NCBI GenBank assembly: GCA_951406725.2 | Contig: OX597815.1 | Location: 54,374,001 to 54,438,000 of the forward strand | From: Octopus vulgaris | Taxonomy: Eukaryota | DNA: 64,000 nt | Direction: 5' to 3' | Shown here: positions 53,807-64,000 of the stretch, one piece after another | Layout: the number at the start of each line of letters is the position of its first letter | How positions within the stretch are numbered: the first letter of the stretch is position 1 | The notes under the pieces: model-generated | Told to the model about the DNA's origin: nothing | What the model saw: only the letters and a program-made list of their open reading frames with translations | Database searches by the model: none | Translations under genes and position numbers: made by a program

Positions 53807-54130
53807 TTGTTGTCTTTCGGAATGGTCATTTTACCAGTTTAGCCAATAAAAACACACGCACTTTATATTTGGTGTTACTTTGCTTCAGTGTTATTTATTT
53901 TTTACATTAATCATAATCTTATTTCGGCCAGAGTTCTTTCGTCACACTCCTGTGACCGCATCAGTGGTCCTTTGCTTTCTTCTTTCTTATTTGTGTCTCT
54001 CCTTACTAACCGTCAGCCATTTTGTATTTCTATTGTATGAAATAACACTGAAGCAAAGTTACACCAAATATATAGTGCGTGTGTTTTTTTGGCTAAACTG
54101 GCAAAATGACCATTCCGAAATACAACGATG
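53807..54130 (-). mobile_element. ORF-less inverted-repeat unit with hammerhead, nested in the PLE 3' UTR
   Basis: Arms 53807-53896 / 54040-54128; internal hammerhead 53926-53969. Confidence 0.75.
53926..53969 (-). ncRNA. Minimal hammerhead with core variant CUGAUGC
   Basis: gacca CTGATGC g gtcaca-ggag-tgtgac GAAA gaac TC tggcc. Confidence 0.7.
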
Positions 54131-56892
54131 TCTGTTTCAACACACGACTTCACATAAAAAATCTTGCACAACAAATATATAAACGTAATAATATTAATAA
54201 TAAAACATAATACAATTCAAAAGTTAAATAATATTTTAAAATAAAAAACGTTACTTATCTTGTCGATGAATATTATATAATTGAATTTTGAACGTAAATA
54301 TGTCGGTCTTAGCGTTTATAAGAAATTAAACTCGTGAACACGTTGTGTAAAAAGATAGAATAAAATCATCAATGAAAATGACGAAATATATTTATTAATG
54401 ACAAAGAAGAAAAATATTAAAGCTTCAATAATTGAAGAAAAATAGAATAACAAAAGAAGTATAAAAGACTATTTACTATAAATTAAATTCCAAATAGGTA
54501 TTACGTAAAATATACATATTTTAAATTAATTTATATTACTATAACTAATAGTAATAAAATTATATATAATCATTTATGTATTAAGAAATATCTAAGTTTA
54601 AAATTATTCAAATATATTAATATAACATATAAAAATATAGTAAATAGTACACTAATACTTCTAAATTATATCTACAGGAAATAGATAACATAAAAAGAAA
54701 TAAGGTTTTATACATACAGAAAAATTAGCTAAACGTATCATATAGGTAAATAAAATTATGTTAGCATTTAATTTGAAATGACTACTTACTATAAATGTAA
54801 AGTCAAATTAATAATTAAGTAAAATATATATATTATATTTACATTAATTTATGTATATATATAATTAATATATCTTAATAAATTTATATAATCATTTATT
54901 TATTAGCTAAACCTATTATATAGGTAATTTAATTTATGTTTACATTTAATTTTACGTTCCTCTAATGAATTTATCATCACATAATTGTTATTAAATAATA
55001 TTTCTTTGAATTCATTATTACACAATAAATTACTCCCCGTACAATATGATTTTTCCCAATAAATAATATCCCAAGTTAATTTATATTTAATGGATCTAGA
55101 TTTAATAGATCTATATTTACCGAGAGCTGTTGAATTTATTAGATTTTTATTCCTAAAAGAAAACATATGTTGAACTAATCTTGATTTAATTTTATTCGAA
55201 GTGGACCCTATATAAATAGTGTTTAAATTATGATTATTCGAATTCTTATCATCTATTAAATTTACCATACACTTATAGACTACAGTATCTAAATTACAAT
55301 TATTATTAAATTACATGTAGTCTTATCACTACATGTACAATAAATTATATCTTGGTCTTTATTATTATTATTATTGGAATCAATATTTAATGTATGCTTG
55401 TAGAATTAATTTAATTTAAATTTATTAAATGAAGAAATAATATTACCAACATTATTAGGAGTTGAAAACCCAACTCCAAAATTTTTATTAGAAAATATGT
55501 TATTATATTTTTTATTATCTTTAATGAATATTTCAATTATATTTAAAATCTCTTTAATAACATTTGTTTTAACCTGAGCCACAGAAGGAACGATTAACCA
55601 TATTTTATTCTTATCTTTTATTATGATTATATTTTTGTAATATTATTAAATTTATAATCTTCATTAATTGCATTAAATTTTATTTTATTTTTATTTTTAT
55701 TTTTTATTCCAATATTAAATATATGATTTACATCATCAAAATACCTATTATTATTAAGACGATAGATACCTACATAAAATTTATCATAATTTAGATAATT
55801 AGGTTTATCATTATAAAAATCATTTATATTGTACTCCTTCAAATTATAATTATGTTTACAAATATGAAAGAATTTAATATTATTATCATATCCTGCCTCA
55901 TGTAGGGCTTTATTATAATAAGGTGCATGTTTATTACAACTTTCTAAATCATACGAAAGTAATGATAATCTTTTACCTACATTATTTTTTAACAATTTTT
56001 TAACAGAAGGTGGATGATTACTATAAGCATTAATATATCTGAGATTTTCATTAATTTTATGGAATGGTTGAGTTTTACTCATTATTAAATTAAAACTAAT
56101 ATCTAAATAATTGACATTATAGTTCTCATTATAAATACTAATACCTAAACCATATCCTTTAACGAAATTATAAAGTTTTTCTATTTGTACGATCCTTAGT
56201 AAGTAAAGGTCATCTCTATATAAACTACCCTCCAATTTTAAATTTTCTAATTGAAGTTCCGATAATAAATAAGAACCTACTAAATCACTAGCCTGTGCAG
56301 AATCTCGTGGGCCCATAGCTATATCAAAATAGTTCCTAGTATCCTTACTAGCGCATAATGTATTATATCTAATTAACGATTTCCTAGCAATTTTAATAAC
56401 ATTAACATCATCAGAAGTCATTCCTACCTTATTCATTTCATAAATTAGGGCTTTATTGAGTACGATCTCATTAATAGAAGAAGAATAATTATCCATAACT
56501 ATTTCAATGAATTTATATTTATTTTTATCTTTAGTATTATGAAACCATTTTAAAGTATCATTAGTACTATTTCAAAGTTTTAGGTAATTAAATTCATTTA
56601 ATCTATTAATGTATTTATCTAGAATAATTTTTCTTAATTTACCTAAATCTGATTTACATGGACAAATTAATCTAGCCTTAGGTTCAGAGTAAAAATGTTC
56701 CTTGTAGTCTTTCAAAGTTATCCTAGGGTGCATAGATACATGAGGTTCAGTTTTATTATCTAAATTATATTTCATCATTATTAATTTAGAGGATTTAGTT
56801 ATATTATAGAGTGTATTTACTGGGACAGTTTTGTATTTTATACTTATTTATTTCTTTAATAGGATATCATACAATTTAATATCTAGTTTATA

Positions 56893-58175
56893 CGATGGGC
56901 GTTCAATAAGTAATGCCCCTGACCCACTTCCCATAGCAGTAGAGCAACGAAACTTGGCATAGGTATTAGTCTTTTTCTACATAGGAACAACCCAGAGTTA
57001 CGCATTTCTCCCATTGTTTGATTCAGCTCTGGAGACCGTTTTCGTAGAAGACTCCAGCTTGGTCCTCCAACCACGACGTGACTTCAGAAATCAAGGCTGC
57101 ATCATCTGGGAAACGCTTTCCTTTCAAAAACAACTTCATGGCTGGGAAGAGGTGAAAATCAGGGGTGCAAGGTCAGGAGAGTAGGGGTATGGGGGAAGAG
57201 TTCATAGCCGCACGCCTGTGCTTCTGATCTGGCGACACGCGAGTTGTGGACCGGAGCGTTGTCCTGCAAGAGGAGGATGCCTTTGCTGATCTTGCCCCGC
57301 CTCTTGATTTTGATAGCTTCTCTTAATTTCCTCAAAAGGGAAGCATGATAGGCTCCTGTAATTGTGGTACCCTTTGCCAGGAAATCTGTCATCACTACTC
57401 CGTCCTGGTCCCAGAAGACTGTGAGCATGACCTTGCCAGCGGAGGGCTGCACGCTTGCCTTCTTTGGAGGAGGTGAGTCATGGTGCTTCCACTGCATTGA
57501 CTGGGCTTTGGTCTCTGGATCATAGTGATGGACCCAGGTCTCATCCTGTGTAATCAGTCTTTTGAAAAATTTTGACTCATCTTCTTGGCACATCCCTAAA
57601 TTCATCCTCGAGCACTCGACGCATTCTTGCTTCTGGAAAAGTGTGAGCAACCTGGGAATCCATCTGGCAGACACCTTTTGCATATGCAAATGGTCATGAA
57701 TGATAGTTTCCACAGACCCGGTACTAATCTTGACCTCATGGGCTATTTGGCGAATAGTTATGCGTCAATCTTTCAAAATGGCAGCCTCAACATGATGGAC
57801 AGATGCCTCATCAATGGCAGAAGGGTGGCGACCAGATCTGGGAGCTGTTTCCACAGAGTTCTGACCATGTTTGAATTCACGATGCCAGCGTTTTCACAAG
57901 GTCATATGATGGGGCATCATCACCATAAGTTACTTTCATTTCATCAAAATTCTCCTGTGGTGTGCGTCATTTCAAATACAAAAACCGGATCACTGCTCGG
58001 CACTCAACAGGCTCCATTTCCCACTTGACTCATTTCAAACACCTGTAAATCAAGAACCATGAGTTCGGAGCTGTAATTTGCCACGTAATCTATAGAAATA
58101 TACATAATTGCACATGCAAAATTAGATGGAACAACGGCAAGTTGGTCAGAGGCATTACTTATTGAACGCCCCTCG
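56893..58175 (-). mobile_element. Mariner transposon inserted in the PLE RT; transposase pseudogene 56966-58017
   Basis: About 32-bp TIRs cga.gggcgttcaataagtaatgcc.ctgacc; TA TSD; WIPRLL, TQDETW and LQDNAPVH motifs; stop and frameshifts. Confidence 0.95.
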
Positions 58176-58632
58176 TAGAGGTTCTATCTGATTGTAACAT
58201 AATACCTTCCATATTTCGCATTTCTTTTATTTAATAGCTAAATTTCTTAAATATTCATTACGTCTATTTGGATATTTACGAAATTTAACATTTTTCACTA
58301 CCTTCCAAATATTATCCTCTAAAACCTGTATTTCTCTATTATATGTGGGTTCATTCCTAGATTTAAATTTTGAAATAATATAATTATTATTCTCTACATC
58401 ACTAATGTTAGTTATGTTACTACTAGTATAGTAGGCTTTCCATTTAATCCTAGTAATAAAACATTTAATATTATTAAGAAGTTTTTAAAGTATATTCCTT
58501 TCTAGATGGTATAGGAATATCCTTCAAAGATGAATTACCCAAAAGTGGTTCTATTCTACCTGTAAGTTCCATAACCGACGAAAATGAGGGTAAAAATACT
58601 CAGAAACATTAGTTATAAATATAATATAATAT

Positions 58633-58718
<86 letters not shown>

Positions 58719-58720
<2 letters not shown>

Positions 58721-59546
58721 TCTATCAATGCCTACCAACAAGAAACTACCAGGCCAACATATTAAAGAACGGCAGTAGCCCAACATGTCGTGTATGCCGA
58801 CAACAAAATGAAACCATTGACCATGTTGTTTCCAAATGCAGTCTTCTAGCGCCTACAGAGTACCTCAGTAGGCATGATAGAGCTGCACAATATATTCACT
58901 GGGTAATTTGCAAACATCTGGATTTGCCCCATGAAAAAAAACTGGTGGGAACACAATCCACCTCCTGTGCTTGAAAATGACCACATCTCACTCCTCTGGA
59001 ACTTCACCATTCAAACTGACAGAAAGATAGATGCAAATAGGCCAGACATTATATTGAAAGACTTCAGACAAAGAACATGCCTCCTCATTGATATGACTGT
59101 CCCAATCGATATAAACGTATCTGTCAAGACCTACCAAAAACTGAGCAAATATAAAGATCTTGAAATAGAAATCAGCAAAATGTGGAAGCTGAAGACTAAA
59201 ACAATACCTGTTGTCATAGGTGCCCTGGGAATGATAGCGAAAGGGACTGATTGCTACCTAGCTCAGATACCAGCAAACCCCAAAATAGCAGAAATTCAAA
59301 AGATAGTGCTCATGGGAACTGCTCATATCCTACGCAAAATACTCTCTATGTAATCCCAAGGTTTAAAACAAACTTTTTTTTATTTATTTATTTACTTATT
59401 TATTTTTTATGTATTAGACATTCACTAGTACAACACCAAAAAAAAAAACCCAAATATATGGCACAGAACTTCCAACCTGTTGTCTCTTGAGGTCTCTGGG
59501 TGAGACTTGGAGCCAACTTGTACAGACATAAAGCAAAAGTCAAAAA
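58719..59546 (+). mobile_element. 5'-truncated R4/Dong LINE (CCHC plus RLE endonuclease) in (TAA)n
   Basis: CRVC..ETIDHVVSKC, RHD, NRPDI, IDMTVP, KLSKYKDL, IPVVIGALG; (TAA)n on both sides. Confidence 0.92.
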
Positions 59547-59570
59547 TAATAATAATAATAATAATAATAA

Positions 59571-62500
59571 GAGAACACCGGGGGACATTTAACACGTAGG
59601 AGCGATAAAAAAGTGCTCCGAAATCTATCCACAAAAATCAGAAACAAAGACATCGCATGGAGCCAAAAAATAACTGACAAAGGATTGGACTGTATCCGAG
59701 TAAGTAAGACTCATTGGAATTTATTGCTATTTTCCAAACGGAATGATGTATTTTAACTCGATATCATCTCCAACCATGTAAACATGATTGATACATTATG
59801 ATCCATCAATAACAGATCATCTCCGGCCCCAAACACCATGTACAAAGGAACTACGAATAAATTAAATAATACCGCTATTATTCAACCCAAGAATAACAAT
59901 CGGGAAGTACGTACTTTGAACCTGTTACGCAAAAAGTACGAAAAACTACACGGGCAAAACAATGTGACAACAGAAATGAACGGACCGGTACCCTACGAAA
60001 ATGATGACCGTCAAAATAACGGGCCGGACGCTGTTCCTCATGTCCCGCAAATAAAACCAAAAAGGCATAAATGGACACGTGAGGAATACATTTCTATCCT
60101 ACACGCTTACTGTACAGCAGTGCTCTAACCAAAGAACGAAAACACAACAACATATACATATAAAATATGGAAGAAAAATAACATAAATAAAGACTTGGAT
60201 ACAGCAATGGACCCCAATAAACTAGGTAACGTACGAAGATATATTCTCAACGCAAAGAAAATATCAGAAATAGAAATAGAACATTTAAAAGAAAAAATAC
60301 ACCAGGAAAATGTAGAGAAGCCATACAACAATGCCAAATAATGTGAACACTGTACAACACGAAGACAAACGTAACATTTCCAACAAAAACGAAGTAAACA
60401 AAAAACAACAAACCCAGACCGTAAGGATGCATAATAATTCACGACAAGCAGCAAACCAAAACACGACAGACAAACATACGAATGTAAAAGAAAGCGACAC
60501 AAATCTAAAGCCTGGAAACAACGAAGGGGGATCTAATGATTATGATACTATAAAAAGTAGAATAATCAAAGAACTGAAAAACACAGATCTCAAAATGCAC
60601 CACCGACATACCTCCCAAAAATCTAAATAGACAAAAAACATCATCAATTATAAACAGCATAAACCTAGCCGTCACAGAAATAATAGCCACTGAAACAAAT
60701 AGCGATATCACTGAGCTAAATGATTTAGTATATGCAGCAGCCACTGCAGCCACACAAGAAGCTGGATACTCCCTCAAACCCATCCAACCAGGAGTAACAC
60801 CACCCAAACAAACCCTGTGGATAAATAACATTTAAAAAAATACAAAAAATGATAAAAGATCTGTCGATTCTTAATGAAATCAGTAGACAATCAACGCTAC
60901 TAAGGAACAAAAAAAGAAAACAAAAATACTGAGCAAATACATCACAGAAAAAGATTTACCTGAAATAAAAGAAAAGCTAAAGCAAGATATCCTTGCGAAA
61001 GAACAAAGGATCCGCCGGTATGAGAAACGCCAACGTTTCTTTGAACAAAACAAACAGTTTAACTCCAACCCCAAAAAGTTCTACCAAGAACTTGGCAAAA
61101 ATAAAATAGAAATCACTGCAGCACCAACAACAGAAGAACTGGAAGAATTCTGAAAAGAAATATGGTCGGCGAATGAACAACCAAAGAAAAGAAGTATTAA
61201 AACAACAAACGTAGCATCTGAGCAAATGTGGACCCCCATAACAACTGCAAAGACTAAGCAACTGGAAAGCACCTGGGCATGATAAGATCCCCAACTTCTA
61301 GTTGAAATATCTGACAGGAATGCACAAAAAGCTGGCTGAAAACTTTAACAACATACTGGCAGAGCCAGAGACAATACCTGAATGGCTCACGAAGGGGAAA
61401 ACCATCTTAATTCCCAAATCCAATGAGACAGCAAAACCAGAAAACTACAGACCTATAACCTGTCTTCCTATAATGTACAAAGCATTCACTGCAGTAATAT
61501 CACAAAGATTGAACAAGCACCTGGACGAAAACAACCTGTTTCCAGAAGAGCAAAAGGGGTGCCGCAAAGTCTCATATGGCTGTAAAGATCAACTAATGAT
61601 CAATAAAGCCATAACTGAAGACAGCGTCAGAAAGAACAAAGGCCTCAGTATGGCGTGGATCGTCTAAGGTAAAGCGTTTGATAGCATCCCCCACACATGG
61701 ATCCTCGAAACACTAGCCATTAACAAAGTAGCACCAACAATTATAAAATACATAGGACACTATGAATAAATGGCAGACAGTGCTGCAACTCCAAACAAAA
61801 GAGGGACTCGTCAAAACCAAAACCATCTCCATTAGAAGAGGAATATTCCAGGGAGACACGCTCTCTCCACTCCTTTACTGCTTGGCAGTGTCACCTCTAT
61901 CTGATATGCTGAATAGAACTGGATATGGATATAAGCGTTACGGCAAAACGATCAGCCACCTTTTATATATGGATGACCTAAAACTATACGCTACAAATGA
62001 CAAACAGCTGGAAACACTATCAAAGACAGTTCATGGATTCACCAAAGAAATAGATATGAAATTTGGATTAGAAAAATGCGCCAAAGTAACCCTGAAAAGA
62101 GGAAAACTAGTTAAGAATAGCGATATCACAATAGATAAAACCAATGAAATAAAAGAATTAGACCAAAGCCAAACCTACAAATACTTAGGAATCCATGAAC
62201 TAGATAAGACACAACACACACAAATGAAAGAGAAAATAAAGAAAGAATACTATAGACGAGTTAGATCAATACTAAAGACAGAGCTCAATACTAAAAACAA
62301 GATAATAGGTATTAACACTTTAGCCGTCCCAGTTATAAGTTACAGCTACAATATCCTTAACTGGACGTTAAATGAACTAACCAAAATAGATAGGAAAACA
62401 AGAAAAATAATGACAGGATCTAGGATGCATCACCCAAAATCTGACATAGAAAGGCTATATTTACAACGTATAGAAGGTGGTAGAGGCCTTATAAAGCTGG

Positions 62501-63598
62501 AAAACTACTATAAAATAACCACCATAGGACTGCAAAAATACCTGGAAGCCGACAAATACAAACAAGAAATCATACCACCTAACAAATATGAAGAAGAAGA
62601 AGAAGAAGAAGAAGAAGAAGAAGAAGAAGAAGAAGAAGAAGAAGAAGAAGAAGAAGAAGAAGAAGAAGAGGAAGAAAAGCTATAAAGCAAATGAAATCAA
62701 AACTAAAACTAGAACAGCAACGGACCATGATAAAGCGATGGCAAGAAAAGCCTCTTCATGGCAAGTACCGGACAAAACTAAATGCAAAAGAAATAGACAA
62801 AGAAAAATCCCAGCAATGGTCGAGAAGCTCAGGACTCAAAGTAGAGACATGGGATTTTTAATTGCAGCACTATACCAAAGCCTCCTCACCAGAAATTACC
62901 AAAAGCATGTAATGAAAAGAAATATAACAAGTAACTGCAGAATATGTGGAGATGGACAAGAAACAATAAATCATATTATCTCTGGCTGCCCAGTCCTCAC
63001 TAAGAAGGAATATATTCACAGACACGACAGAGTTGGGACCTACATACACTGGAAGCTATGCCAACATTATGGAATAACAGCAGAAAAAAGATGGTATAGG
63101 CACACACCAGAAAAGGTCGCAGAAAACGAGAAAGCAACCATACTCTGGAATATGCCAATATACACAGATAGGAAAATTAAGGCCAACAGACCAGATATAG
63201 TTGTCAAAGATCATGAAAACAAAAATGCTTTCTAATTGATGTATCAATACCAGCAGATGACAACGTGTCTCCAAAAGAAATGGAGAAACTTTCAAAATAC
63301 AAAGACCTGGAAATAGAGGTAACTAGAATGTGGAATCTAAAACAGAAACAATTCCTATCATAGTAAGTGCATTAGGCATGATAAGAAAATATTCAGACTA
63401 ATACATAACAAAAACACCAGGACTTACAAACACATATAACATACAGAAAATTGCACTACAAGGCACTGCACACGCAGAACACTTTCAATACAGTAACCAT
63501 CAGAGCATCACAACAAATCACAGCACATACCCAAGGCGCACAGAGCTGCGCTCGGTAGTCAAGTGAAATCACGTTATAAAACTAAAACTACTGAATGA
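59571..63598 (+). mobile_element. Near full-length degenerate R4/Dong LINE in (TAA)n
   Basis: N-terminal KWTREE, NWKAPG.D, NYRPITCL, GIFQGDTLSP, YMDDLKL, CRIC..ETINHIISGC, RHD, NRPDI; (TAA)n at 59547-59570 and 63600-63660. Confidence 0.93.
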
Positions 63599-63599
63599 T

Positions 63600-63660
<61 letters not shown>

Positions 63661-63743
63661 TGAAGGAATATTATTCTAAACTTACAGGGAAAAATTCAAT
63701 TTAGAAATACTAAATAAAATTTCACAATATATATATATATATA

Positions 63744-63850
<107 letters not shown>

Positions 63851-63859
63851 ATATATATA

Positions 63860-64000
63860 TTAGAAAAGACCACCTTTTATCAATTCAAAAATGAAAAAAA
63901 AAATTATGTCATTTAGAAAAAATTACGTCGTATAGAACGATTAAATATAAGCTAAACCATATACCAAAACCTATCAACGGAGTGAAATCACAGCTTCAAA
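63860..64000 (-). mobile_element. 3' end of another copy of the 52745 PLE family, continuing beyond the window
   Basis: 63910-64000 matches 52793-52883 (gattaaatataag...acggagtgaaatcacag.ttcaaa); follows (TA)n. Confidence 0.8.

Larger units (their letters stand above)
52745..58620 (-). mobile_element. Full-length but degenerate AT-rich PLE (tentatively Nematis-type) with two nested insertions
   Basis: ORF from ATG 58572 (SLKDIPIPS..RIKWKA), RLICPCKSDLG, FDIAMG..D.A...DLVG, LYRDD, YLD, SNHPP; GIY-YIG ends at 54903; about 2.1 kb 3' UTR with hammerhead. Confidence 0.85.

Overview
AT-rich, microsatellite-laden animal DNA with no recognisable host exon. Its repeat content (tRNA-derived SINEs with internal (TA)/(TG) tracts, (TAA)n-embedded R4/Dong LINEs) suggests a coleoid cephalopod such as Octopus; this is inference. 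Nearly all long ORFs are transposon-derived or are microsatellite artefacts. Contents: four Penelope-like retroelements (PLEs) of about three lineages, R4/Dong-type LINEs clustered in (TAA)n, Tc1/mariner, Chapaev3, hAT and Helitron-like elements, and SINEs. The clearest hidden signal is a set of at least eight type-I hammerhead ribozyme motifs from different families. They lie in PLE terminal repeats and in small ORF-less inverted-repeat units mostly inserted in (TA)n, and include long stem-II insertions and core variants. A near-intact Neptune-type PLE also has an overlapping upstream ORF joined at a U-UUU-UUA/ttttttag motif.
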